From Candidatus Poribacteria bacterium (GTDB lineage: Bacteria; Poribacteria; WGA-4E; WGA-3G), in assembly GCA_965242965.1 (NCBI GenBank), contig OZ251518.1, forward strand, positions 5,408,001 to 5,472,000: a DNA stretch of 64,000 nucleotides, read 5' to 3'. Shown one piece after another: positions 40,057 through 49,793 of the stretch (position 1 is its first letter; each line of letters begins with the position of its first letter). The position numbers and the translations under genes were made by a program. The notes below the pieces were generated by a model. The model was given only the letters and a program-made list of their open reading frames with translations, ran no database searches and was not told the origin of the DNA.

Positions 40057-40326
40057 GAGGGTGTTTCATATCTCGATGCACCCCCGTAGGAGAGACCTCC
40101 TGGTCGCGATGGGGTGCTCCTCACGCCTGTAGTTCAGGATCGCCTGATCCTGAACCGTTCGGGAGCAGGTGCTCCCGAACTACAGAGGGGGGCGATGCCT
40201 GCCGGTAGGCGGGACATCCTTGTCCCGATAGGTTTAAAAATCGAGACCGGGAGGTCTCTCCTACGGTATTGCATCGAGACCGGGAGGTCTCTCCTACCCG
40301 AAGAAATCGGGATATGAAATACCCTC
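40057..40326. mobile_element. MITE copy (TIR GAGGGTGTTTCATATC)
   Basis: Ends GAGGGTGTTTCATATC / GATATGAAATACCCTC; degenerate flanking repeat agttaatc/acctaatc. Confidence 0.7.
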
Positions 40327-40454
40327 ACCTAATCTTGCCAATCTTGTCAATCTTGGAAATCCTGCTCCTGTTTTGGTATCGTAAGTTGAGAATTTCGGGC
40401 TCAGGCGCGAGGGACCTAATCCTGTCAATCGTGTCACTCTTGCAAATCCTGCTA

Positions 40455-43280
40455 CTAGAGATTATAGCTTATCCCTAACGAGAAGGAACGCCCCAGTTTA
40501 TAGCGAACATAGTCCTCCTCACCCTGTTTGAAATGAACATAAGGATCCAGCAGATTCTTCGCAGAAAAACTGATTTGGAAATAGTCCGCCACCGTCCGGC
40601 TGAGACTGGCATCCAACTGCCCACGGGGTTGCTCATAGACATCTGGCACGCCGTGATTCCCCACCTCCGAAAGCCGCTTGCCGAAGATGTTATAGGCAAG
40701 CGCGCTGGAAAGCCCCCAATTGGCATCGTCATACCCCAATGAGACGTTGACAATATAGGGACACTGCCCCTGCAGCGGCCGCTCCGAAGAAGTCTGGATG
40801 CCGACATCCGGTAGCACAACGCGCGACGTAATCAGCGCGGCGTTGGTGTTGATAGAAAACTTGCTGAGTGCAGGTGTCAGCACGCCTAAATTCTGGCGCG
40901 CCTCTAACTCCACACCGTAGTTGTTCGCCGCATCGGCGTTTTCGTAAGTAATACGGACTTCTGCCTGCGGTTGGACAATCTGTTCGATCGGTTTCTGGAA
41001 CCGTTTATAGAATACACTCACGGCGACAACGCCGCCGAGCCGCGGGAACGCTTCCCACCGGAAATCGTAGTTGTTTATTTGCGTTCGTTCCAATTCGGGA
41101 TTGCCGAGGATGGTTCGCCCACCGACAAAATCGGTAAATTCAAAGGGTGCCAATTCACGGAAATCTGGCCGTGTTATCGTGCGCGAGGCGGCGACTCGCA
41201 GATTCATCCGCTCTGTCAACCGATAGGTGAGGTTGATGCCGGGCAACAGGTCCAGCGTCTCCAAATCCGCCACAATCGGCTGCGCCGATGCAGAAAACGG
41301 ATCATAGGTAGTAACGTTCTGTGCAGACGACTCCAACCGCACGCCTGTCATAAACTGCCATTTCTGAGTGACAGGCATGTCCAGCATGAGATAACCAGCA
41401 TAGACATCGTGGCCGGCGAGGTAATTATCGGTTGCCCGCGTTGATTCGCGCAGCTCAAACACCCGCGGCGCGATGTTATCCACATGGAAAAGGACTTCCG
41501 GCGGCGAGGCGAGATCTACGGTGGCATCCACATTATCGGCTGGCAAGAATCGGAACCGCCGGGCATCAAACGTTCTTTCTCGGCTGCGCCAAAGCCCACC
41601 GAATTTGAAGAGCCCTTCCGCGCTGATAGGAATACGCCAGTCAACGCGCGCGTTGTATTCATCGTCCTCCAGATCGAAGAAAAATCGGCTGCCACTATGT
41701 GTGACATCGCGGAAGGTGAACCTGCCGTTGCCTCTGTCCTCGTAAATCGTCTCGCGTGTGTCTGGTTCATCGCGCGAGGCGCGCGAATAGGTGAGTCGCC
41801 ATTCCATGGAAAGGTCTGGCCGTGGAGATGCTACCGTTTCATCGGTAAGGGCTGGTGCCCCGAATTCAAAATCGTGCGTGCCTGCTAACTGCCCAGAGAA
41901 GAGTTCGCGTTCAACATAGCGAAGCCGCGCGCTCCGCAGATCAGTGTTTCTATCGGCGTTAAAACCTTCCCACGTGCGGGTTTCATCTTCTGCCGTGTGC
42001 GTGAAAAGCGTGCGCATACTGAGTTGATGCCCCGGTGAAAAACGGAGACTCGCATTCAGCACACTCCCCCAGTCCACTTCATTCCCACTCCGTTCAACAT
42101 TATAGGAGGTGACAGGTGAAAGCACTTCATTTAATCCGATGCGGAAGGCGTTCCGCACCTGCGTGCCGTAACTATGGCTGTTTCCATAGGAAAGGACACC
42201 GAGGTAACCGAACTCTTTGCCGAAAAGGGTATTGCTGTTGCCGAGGCTGAATTTATAACTTTGGTTTGCTGGCAACTGCTGACGTTGGGGAGACCAGGTA
42301 TTTGAAAAAGCGCGTCCGAACTCCTGTATATCTTCCGGTGTGAAACCGGTGGTGGTAAACCTGCCTCGTTCGCGGATAGGGAGTTCTGCTGCATTTTCCT
42401 GAATGATAGCGGGTAACGCGCGCGTTGCATCGTCAAACCCTAGAAAATCCAGATTGCCACCCGGGTATGTCAATCCATTTGCGCCAGTCGCCTGCGTATT
42501 GAAACCGGTTGACATGGAGAGAGACATCGTCGATTTTTCGGGGAAATCCTTGGTAAATACCTGCACGGATCCGCCTGCGAAGCCCCCCGGCTGGTCTGGG
42601 GAAAACGTCTTCACTGTCTGCAAACTGGCTAAGAGGCTTGCAGGAAAAATGTCCATCGGGACGACCCGGCGATTCGGTTCGGGGCTCGGAATCTCAACGT
42701 TGTTGAGCAGTGTATTGCTGTAGCGTTCTCCCAACCCGCGCACAAACACGTAACGGCCACCGACGATGCTGACACCGGTGACCCGTTTAATCGCCTCGCC
42801 TGCAGAAGAGGCGGGGAGGCGGCTAATTTCTTCCGTGCTGATACTGTCTTCAATGCGCGAACTTCGCATCCGTTTTTCGAGGAGCCCGCGTTCACTTGCC
42901 TGGCTCAGTTGAACCGGCAGTTTAATAGCGTCCAGTTTCACCACCTGCGGTGCGAGTGCGACGCGCACTGGTTCCTGAGGTGGTTGCGCAATGTCCACCT
43001 GAAAATCGGCGAGCGCGACTGCAGTGTAAAACGGCGCGGTGACTTGCAGCGTGTAGATGCCGCTGGGGATTTTCAGCGTCCATGTGCCGGCGGCATCGGT
43101 ATGCACGCGGAGGTTGGTATCCACTACTTTAATCGCCGCGCCTTCGATGGGCAGCTCGGTATCACTATTGACGACGCTACCTGTGATTGTTACGAGTTGT
43201 TCTGTTTCGCCGTGCGCGCCCGCTGCGCAAAGCCACAAAAGCAACACTCCAACGCACCAAAAATTCTGTTGGCCTTCCAT
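40455..43280 (-). CDS. TonB-dependent receptor
   Basis: Signal peptide, N-terminal extension, plug KRVTGVSI..YVFVRGLGERY, NPELERT, C-terminal LGISYNL; start ATG 43280 with GGGAG RBS. Confidence 0.92.
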   Translation of the reverse strand: MEGQQNFWCVGVLLLWLCAAGAHGETEQLVTITGSVVNSDTELPIEGAAIKVVDTNLRVHTDAAGTWTLKIPSGIYTLQVTAPFYTAVALADFQVDIAQPPQEPVRVALAPQVVKLDAIKLPVQLSQASERGLLEKRMRSSRIEDSISTEEISRLPASSAGEAIKRVTGVSIVGGRYVFVRGLGERYSNTLLNNVEIPSPEPNRRVVPMDIFPASLLASLQTVKTFSPDQPGGFAGGSVQVFTKDFPEKSTMSLSMSTGFNTQATGANGLTYPGGNLDFLGFDDATRALPAIIQENAAELPIRERGRFTTTGFTPEDIQEFGRAFSNTWSPQRQQLPANQSYKFSLGNSNTLFGKEFGYLGVLSYGNSHSYGTQVRNAFRIGLNEVLSPVTSYNVERSGNEVDWGSVLNASLRFSPGHQLSMRTLFTHTAEDETRTWEGFNADRNTDLRSARLRYVERELFSGQLAGTHDFEFGAPALTDETVASPRPDLSMEWRLTYSRASRDEPDTRETIYEDRGNGRFTFRDVTHSGSRFFFDLEDDEYNARVDWRIPISAEGLFKFGGLWRSRERTFDARRFRFLPADNVDATVDLASPPEVLFHVDNIAPRVFELRESTRATDNYLAGHDVYAGYLMLDMPVTQKWQFMTGVRLESSAQNVTTYDPFSASAQPIVADLETLDLLPGINLTYRLTERMNLRVAASRTITRPDFRELAPFEFTDFVGGRTILGNPELERTQINNYDFRWEAFPRLGGVVAVSVFYKRFQKPIEQIVQPQAEVRITYENADAANNYGVELEARQNLGVLTPALSKFSINTNAALITSRVVLPDVGIQTSSERPLQGQCPYIVNVSLGYDDANWGLSSALAYNIFGKRLSEVGNHGVPDVYEQPRGQLDASLSRTVADYFQISFSAKNLLDPYVHFKQGEEDYVRYKLGRSFSLGISYNL

Positions 43281-43329
43281 TTTTCTCCCTATAAACATGC
43301 CTAAAATTTGTTCTCAACGTTAGTTCTAT

Positions 43330-43654
43330 GAGGGTGTTTCATATCTCAATGTTTTCCCGGTAGGCGGGACATCCTTGTCCCGATAGGCACATCGAGACCG
43401 GGAGGGCTCTCCTACCGGCAGGCATCGGGCCCACCGCTGTAGTTCGGGAGCGCCCGCTCCCGAACGGGTCAGGATCAGCCACTCCTGCCCTCCATGGGGG
43501 ATGCGCTCTGGCAGCCAAACGCATGGCGAGGGAAACCCTCTCGGATGCGCGTGTGGCATCCGAGGGCCCTCGCCCTACGGAAAGGGGATGCGTTTTTTTT
43601 TATCGTAGCGCGGGGCCTGTCACCGCGACGTTGAGCGATTTATGAAACACCTTC
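43330..43654. mobile_element. MITE copy, inverted relative to 34256-34520
   Basis: GAGGGTGTTTCATA...TATGAAACACCTTC; flanks agttctat/agttccat (8 bp, one mismatch). Confidence 0.75.
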
Positions 43655-43785
43655 AGTTCCATCCACATCCAATGGTAACTAAATTATAATTTCCAAATGT
43701 GACAAAATTGTGTATTTTTTTTGACAAAAAAAAGAAAACTTGATTTTATCTTGGATGTGTGGATAATGAAGGGAGGAGGACACGC

Positions 43786-44415
43786 ATGGGCTCGGAATTA
43801 AAACGGAAAAGCATCCATTTCTCAGGATTAATCTTACCGCTCGTCTATCTCTGGCTTGACAGAGCCTTCCTTCTTCTGCTCGTGGGAGGCATCACCTGCG
43901 TTGCGCTACTGGTTGAGCTCGGCAAATGGAAATCGCCGCGGTTCCGTGCGTTCTTCTTCCGCGTCTTCTCGCCGCTCCTCCGGACGCACGAACGCCAAGG
44001 CGCGATTACCGGGGCTACCTATTACCTCATCAGCGCGCTGCTCTGCATCCACTTTTTTGACAAGGCACTGGCGATTGTCTGCATCTTCTTCATGGTGCTA
44101 GGCGATATGTCCGCTGCGTTAGTAGGAAAGAGATGGGGAAAAACGAAGTTGATCGGCGAGAAGAGTTTAGAGGGGAGTCTTGCCTGTTTCGTCGTCTGCA
44201 CGGCTATCTCCATAGTTTTCTTCTATTTGCCGGAGACGCATCTATGGAAACTGCCGCCGTTAGCGGATGCGCGTCGGTTTCATCCGCTCCTCGGCATTGG
44301 AGGGGCGTTTATCGCCACCGTCGTGGAGCTTCTCCCGCTTCGGGTTGATGATAATTTGACGGTGCCGCTTATTGCTGGCGCGGTGATGCAGGTGGTGAGT
44401 AGTGTGGGAGTATGA
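43786..44415 (+). CDS. Polyprenol/phytol kinase family (CTP-dependent) membrane protein
   Basis: RKSIH, GDMSAALVG..WG, KSLEGS, VE...DDNLTVP. Confidence 0.85.
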   Translation: MGSELKRKSIHFSGLILPLVYLWLDRAFLLLLVGGITCVALLVELGKWKSPRFRAFFFRVFSPLLRTHERQGAITGATYYLISALLCIHFFDKALAIVCIFFMVLGDMSAALVGKRWGKTKLIGEKSLEGSLACFVVCTAISIVFFYLPETHLWKLPPLADARRFHPLLGIGGAFIATVVELLPLRVDDNLTVPLIAGAVMQVVSSVGV

Positions 44416-44750
44416 ACCGCATTGTTCAAATTTTTCCCTTGTTAAAATACGAGAGGTTTGGTAAACTGATAGTGTTTCATAAATCGTTCAACGTCGCGGG
44501 GACAGGCACCCGTGATACGGGGAAAATGGAGAATTGCCGGTAGGGGAGAAATCGAGACCAGGAGGTCTCTCCTACCGGGGATGCATTGAGACCGGGAGGT
44601 CTCTCCTACAGGGAAGGTGCCGTAGACAGGCCGTTACGCTTAAACCAAAGTTATCGTAAACGTAGTCATTGACAACGTCAATGACGGCTGACGTAGAGGG
44701 ATGTTCATGCACCAACTATCCTAATCGAACGCCTCGCGAACAACAAAAGA

Positions 44751-45869
44751 ATGGCATACATCAAACTTCAAAACATTGTCAAACGCTACGGTGATGTCAC
44801 CGCAGTCAAAGATTTTAATCTGGAGATTGAAGATAAGGAATTCGTCGTCTTCTTGGGTCCCTCCGGTTGTGGGAAGACGACGACTCTCCGCCTCATCGCA
44901 GGACTTGAGCACCCCGAAGAAGGCGATATCCTGATTGATGGAGAGCGCGTTAACCACCTGTCTCCCGCTGACCGGGACATCGCCTTTGTGTTCCAATTCT
45001 ACGCGCTTTATCCGCACCTCACCGTCTACGATAACATCGCCTTCCCGCTCAAGGCTGTCAAGGTGGAAAAGTCGGAGGTGGATGCACGCGTTAGAAAGGT
45101 TGCGGCGATTTTGCAAATAGCCGAAATGCTGAATCGGAAGCCGAGTGTCCTCAGCGGCGGCGAGATGCAACGCGTTGCGCTCGGGCGTGCGATGGTGCGC
45201 CAGCCGAAAGTCTATCTGCTTGATGAACCGATGGCGAACTTGGATGCCAAACTCCGGGACGATACGCGCGCTGAATTGAAACGTCTCCAACATGAAATCG
45301 GCGCGACAACGATTTTTGTTACGCATGACCAGGTTGAAGCGATGTCCCTCGCCGATCGCATCGCTGTCATGCACCAGGGTGTGCTACAGCAGATCGGGAC
45401 ACCGCACGAGATTTACAACCGCCCGAAGAGCCTTTTCGTCGCCGGGTTCATGGGCATGCCGACGATGAACCTTCTCGATGCAGGGCTCGGTTCGCGCGAG
45501 GGGCAACCGATGTTGCGGCTCAGCCATACCGACATCTGGCTCCCGCTTTCGCCGCGGCAACAAGCACGTTTCACCGCGGATATAGCGAGAAACAGTCTGG
45601 TTTTCGGCATCCGTCCGGAGCACATTACTGCGAGGCATGAACCGGGCGAACGAAGCCTCGCCGCCGAAGTGCATCTCATTGAACCGCTTGGTTCTGTTAA
45701 CATCTTGGATCTGCGTCTCGGGATGGATTCAGCGACGCAGGAACCGATTCTCCTCCGCGTGCGCACGCATCCAACCTTTCCTGTGACAGTAGGCGAGAAG
45801 GTCTGGTTCGATTTTGATGAGGAACAGACGCATCTTTTTGATGGGCAAACGGAGAAGGCTATCATTTGA
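44751..45869 (+). CDS. Sugar ABC transporter ATP-binding protein (MalK/UgpC family)
   Basis: GPSGCGKTT, YALYPH, LSGGEMQR, LDEP.ANLDA, FVAGFMG, GIRPE. Confidence 0.93.
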   Translation: MAYIKLQNIVKRYGDVTAVKDFNLEIEDKEFVVFLGPSGCGKTTTLRLIAGLEHPEEGDILIDGERVNHLSPADRDIAFVFQFYALYPHLTVYDNIAFPLKAVKVEKSEVDARVRKVAAILQIAEMLNRKPSVLSGGEMQRVALGRAMVRQPKVYLLDEPMANLDAKLRDDTRAELKRLQHEIGATTIFVTHDQVEAMSLADRIAVMHQGVLQQIGTPHEIYNRPKSLFVAGFMGMPTMNLLDAGLGSREGQPMLRLSHTDIWLPLSPRQQARFTADIARNSLVFGIRPEHITARHEPGERSLAAEVHLIEPLGSVNILDLRLGMDSATQEPILLRVRTHPTFPVTVGEKVWFDFDEEQTHLFDGQTEKAII

Positions 45870-45926
45870 ATAGCATCAAAAACCGAGTCATCAACAACGT
45901 TGATGACAGCAGATATACGGAGAGAA

Positions 45927-46769
45927 ATGTTCACCGACAGAAACCCTAATCGAACGCCTTGCGAGCAACGAAAAATCCCGTGTCAATTAGCCGCCTTTGA
46001 TTTAGATGGCACCCTCTTAAACAGCGAACATGAAGTCCCCGCGGCGCACCGCGATGCGCTTCGGGCACTCGTTGAAAACGATGTGCTTGTCGTCCTCATC
46101 TCTGGCAGGATGCACCGTTCTATCCAACCGATTAGCGATGCGCTCGGGTTAGCGAACCCGATTATCTCCTATAACGGCGCGATGGTGAAGCACGCGACTA
46201 CGGGGGAAGTGTATCACCACACGCCTGTCCCGGCGGACGCGGCGATGGCAATCGTGAACGAGTGCATCACGCGGGATTTGCATCTCAACTACTGCTTGAA
46301 CGACGAACTCTATGTCGCAGAGCATAACGCATGGAGCGCGCTCTATGAACACCGAACGGGTGTCCCTGCGACACCGGTAGGCGATTTGCGCGAATTGGCA
46401 GGCGAAACGCCGACGAAGATGTTGATTATCCACGCGCCGGAAGAATTGCCGACGTTGCTGAACTATTTCAAGACGACTTATGGTGAGGAACTTTACGTCA
46501 CGCAAACACAGGCGGAGTATATTGAGTTCATGAATCCGGCAGTGACGAAGGGACGTGCCCTCACCGCGCTCGCCGCGCAGTTTGACATTCCGATGGAGAC
46601 GGTGGTAGCGTTCGGGGATAGTTATAACGATGAGACGCTGCTCAGTGCGGCAGGTTTTGGTGTGGCGATGGGCAACGCTGTTGCGCCTATTAAGGCGTGT
46701 GCTGATTACATCACCGGCACGAACGATGAGAACGGGGTATCGCAAGCGATTTGGGAGTTGATTCTCTGA
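45927..46769 (+). CDS. Cof-type HAD-IIB hydrolase
   Basis: DLDGTLL, SGR, KG.AL, AFGDSYND, AMGNA, GV; ATG 45927 with GGAG RBS. Confidence 0.92.
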   Translation: MFTDRNPNRTPCEQRKIPCQLAAFDLDGTLLNSEHEVPAAHRDALRALVENDVLVVLISGRMHRSIQPISDALGLANPIISYNGAMVKHATTGEVYHHTPVPADAAMAIVNECITRDLHLNYCLNDELYVAEHNAWSALYEHRTGVPATPVGDLRELAGETPTKMLIIHAPEELPTLLNYFKTTYGEELYVTQTQAEYIEFMNPAVTKGRALTALAAQFDIPMETVVAFGDSYNDETLLSAAGFGVAMGNAVAPIKACADYITGTNDENGVSQAIWELIL

Positions 46770-46777
46770 TGTGACAC

Positions 46778-47297
46778 CGTAGCGCGAGGGCCTGTCCCTC
46801 GCGTTTTGGGGTTGATTCTGTGCCCACCGTAGCGCGAGGGCCTGTCCCTCGCGATGTGATAATATCGCGAGCGATGCGGGAGTTCATCTTGTGTTCCGCC
46901 GTAGCGCGAGGGCCTGTCCCTCGCGATGCGCTGGTATCGCGATCTGGCTTTGCGGGGGACAGGCCCCCGCACTACGTATCTGCGGGAGTTCATCCTGTGT
47001 GTTCCCGTAGCGCGAGGGCCTGTCCCTCGCGATGCGCTGGTATCGCGATCTGGCTTTGCGGGGGACAGGCCCCCGCACTACGTATCTGCGGGAGTTCATC
47101 CTGTGTGTTCCCGTAGCGCGAGGGCCTGTCCCTCGCGATGTGCTAGTATCACAAGCGGGCTTTGCGGGGGACAGGCCCCCGCACTACGTATCTGCGGGAG
47201 TTCATCCTGTGTTCCGCCGTAGCGCGAGGGCCCGTCCCTCGCGATGCGCTGGTATCACGAGCGGGCTTTGCGGGGGACAGGCTCCCGCACTACGGAC
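46778..47297. repeat. Tandem array of REP-doublet (REPIN-like) units with 106-bp period
   Basis: CGTAGCGCGAGGGCCTGTCCCTCGCG at 46778, 46828, 46900, 47006, 47112 and 47218; intervening sequences near-identical; lies between convergent genes. Confidence 0.85.
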
Positions 47298-47334
47298 CTG
47301 GGGGAGGTTCATGTCCGGTGGCACCCTCCCTGTC

Positions 47335-47583
47335 CTACCGCGCGTTCTCATAAGGAAAATCCGCGATGAGGACGTAGGAATTCCCCTCCTGTCTCAGCGA
47401 CATCTGCGCTGCACTTATCGTGAAGTTGAAGTAGCGCGCCAGCACTTCTGCCAATTCGCGATGCATCTGTTTGATGTCTTGGTTCCCGATATCAACCCGG
47501 TCCTGCATAATCACCAGTTTCAACCGTTGCTGCGCGATACCGCTTGACTTCGGTTTGCGCCCAAATATTTTCAAAAATTTCAT
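47335..47583 (-). CDS. minE: Cell division topological specificity factor MinE, second copy
   Basis: FLKIFG..KSSGIAQQRLKLVIMQDR..M..EL.EVLARY; AAAGGAG RBS. Confidence 0.85.
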   Translation of the reverse strand: MKFLKIFGRKPKSSGIAQQRLKLVIMQDRVDIGNQDIKQMHRELAEVLARYFNFTISAAQMSLRQEGNSYVLIADFPYENAR

Positions 47584-47597
47584 AACGTATCTCCTTT

Positions 47598-47855
47598 CTA
47601 TTCCGCCGCGCGCCGTTGCGGAAAATCTGCCGTTAACACATAGGAATTCCCTCGCTGTTTGAGGGACATCCGCACGGCATCTATCTGAAAGTCAAAATGC
47701 TTCGACAGCACTTGCATGATTTCAAGTTGCAGGCTGCGCATTGACTCTTCATCAACATTGAAATTGAATCGATCTTGCGAGATAACGACTTTGAGCCGTT
47801 CCCTCGCGATACTGCTGGACTTGGGTCTCCTCCCAAATAACCGTAGCCAATCCAT
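47598..47855 (-). CDS. minE: Cell division topological specificity factor MinE
   Basis: SSSIARERLKVVISQDR..L..EIMQVLSKH; follows minD. Confidence 0.88.
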   Translation of the reverse strand: MDWLRLFGRRPKSSSIARERLKVVISQDRFNFNVDEESMRSLQLEIMQVLSKHFDFQIDAVRMSLKQRGNSYVLTADFPQRRAAE

Positions 47856-47864
47856 GCTGACTCC

Positions 47865-48659
47865 CTACCTATTCCCGGAGAACCACTCCAGAATGTTTGA
47901 GAAAAAGCCTTTTTCTCGGATTTCCGGAATCGGGATGCGCTGTCCTGTCAACCGCTTCGCGATGCGCATGTAAGCTTGCGCCGCCTGCGAGCTGTTGTCA
48001 TGCACCAGCGGAATCCCACGATTCGTTGAGGAGATGACACCGCGGTCTTCCGGGACAACGCCGATGAGATTGAGATTCAACAGGCTGACGACATCGTCCT
48101 TGCTCACCATGCTGCCTTTGCGCACCATCTCCGGGGACAACCTGTTCAGGATGAGGTTAATAGGTTCGACTCCTTCGTGTTGCAGGAGCCCGGTAATCCG
48201 GTCTGCGTCGCGGATGGCCGAGACATCTGGGGTTGTGACGACGAGTGCCTCTTCTGCGCCTGCGGCGGCGTTGCGGAACCCGCTTTCAATACCGGCAGGC
48301 GAATCCACCAGCACGAAATCGTTATTGCTTCGCAATTCCTCGCAGATGGCTTTCATCTGTTCGGGTTGGATGTCGTCCTTGTTATTTTTCTGCGATGCGG
48401 CGAGGAGCGTCAGGCCTTCCACGCGCTTGTCTTTGACGAGTGCCCTCGTCAACTCGCATTGATTGTCTATCACATCCATCGACGTGTAGACGACGCGGCC
48501 CTCTAACCCCATGACGACATCGAGGTTCCGAAGCCCGACATCCGCGTCTATCACGACGACTGTCTTTCCGATGAGGGCAAGCGCGGTGCCTAGGTTGGCC
48601 GTGGATGTTGTCTTGCCAACGCCACCCTTGCCTGATGTTACGACGATAACCTTGCCCAT
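47865..48659 (-). CDS. minD: Septum site-determining ATPase MinD
   Basis: SGKGGVGKTT, DADVGLRNLD, DSPAGIE, RDADRI, C-terminal amphipathic helix. Confidence 0.96.
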   Translation of the reverse strand: MGKVIVVTSGKGGVGKTTSTANLGTALALIGKTVVVIDADVGLRNLDVVMGLEGRVVYTSMDVIDNQCELTRALVKDKRVEGLTLLAASQKNNKDDIQPEQMKAICEELRSNNDFVLVDSPAGIESGFRNAAAGAEEALVVTTPDVSAIRDADRITGLLQHEGVEPINLILNRLSPEMVRKGSMVSKDDVVSLLNLNLIGVVPEDRGVISSTNRGIPLVHDNSSQAAQAYMRIAKRLTGQRIPIPEIREKGFFSNILEWFSGNR

Positions 48660-48677
48660 CGATAGTTCTCCTTCCTA

Positions 48678-49340
48678 TTAGAGTTTCACAAATTCCTCTA
48701 CGATGATGATATCTTCCATGCCGACGCGGGCGATTTCTGGGTAACCGCGCGACTTTTGTCCGACAAACGGACGGCTAATATAGTTGCCGATTTGCAGTTG
48801 CAGCGGGACGAGATTCATCGCGACGATGACAGCCGTTAATTTGCCGTTCATCCCGGCATGCGCGCTACCGCGCAACGAGCCGAGCACAATGATGTCGCCG
48901 CCCGCACTCACCTCGCCGCCTGGATTCACATCACCGTAGATAATCAGGTTCCCTCCCGGGAAATCCTCTGTCTGTCCGGAACGAATTGTCTCCCGGACAA
49001 CCCGCGTCTTTTCGATACCGCCGCGCTCCGTGCGAGCGGCACGTGGATGTTCCTCAACTCGGGAGGCGGTGCTGGCATCTGTGCCATCGGCGATGTTGAT
49101 GCCACGAACTACCATCCCGTAAGTGTCTTGGAGTTCGGTTTTGAGAGCATCCAGGTCTGCCTCGGTTAAGAGGGGTGCCTGCATGTCAATCTGCACGGAG
49201 ACACCCGCTAACGGCTGGTTCAGCCGGGCAAACTCCTGCTGAACTGCCTTTGTGACATCGGCTACCGAGAGTGTCGGCGTGATGACAAGGTGCAAACCGT
49301 CCTGATATGCTCTAAGTCCTACAATTGATGATTTTCCCAT
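48678..49340 (-). CDS. minC: Septum site-determining protein MinC
   Basis: TIRSGQ..GNLIIYGDVNPGGE.SAGGDIIVLGSLRG.AHAG. Confidence 0.93.
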   Translation of the reverse strand: MGKSSIVGLRAYQDGLHLVITPTLSVADVTKAVQQEFARLNQPLAGVSVQIDMQAPLLTEADLDALKTELQDTYGMVVRGINIADGTDASTASRVEEHPRAARTERGGIEKTRVVRETIRSGQTEDFPGGNLIIYGDVNPGGEVSAGGDIIVLGSLRGSAHAGMNGKLTAVIVAMNLVPLQLQIGNYISRPFVGQKSRGYPEIARVGMEDIIIVEEFVKL

Positions 49341-49793
49341 TTTTTGTTGTTCGCAAGGCGTTCGATCTTTTTGTTGTTCGCAAGGCGTTCGATAACGGCG
49401 GTTGGTGCAATACCGTTTCTCGCCGTATATCCGTCATTGACGTTGTCAATGACTACATTTTCGATGCTATTTTTTCAGCGTTCTCGAACGGTATCCCGCT
49501 TCTCCCAATCCCTTGCCGCGAACCAGTCCTCTAATCCTGAAAATCTTGGAAATCCTGGAAATCCTGCTCAGATTTACAAGATTATCACGATTAAGAGCAG
49601 GATTATCACGGTCACGCCTGTCAAGACGATCAGGTTTCCCTGATTGTCCCTCTTCCAAGATTTCACAGGATTATGTCGCTGGGGCACCGGACACCGTTTT
49701 GGCAGCCCCCCGCGGTCTGGGTGCATCAGAAACCTAGAATCTTGCTAATCTCGCTCAATCTTGAAAATCCTGCTCCTTTTTCGACGGCGTGCC

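Noticed and set aside
46778-47297. Regularly spaced palindromic repeats resembling a CRISPR array
   Set aside because: Intervening sequences are near-identical, and the repeat is the REP dispersed throughout the window.
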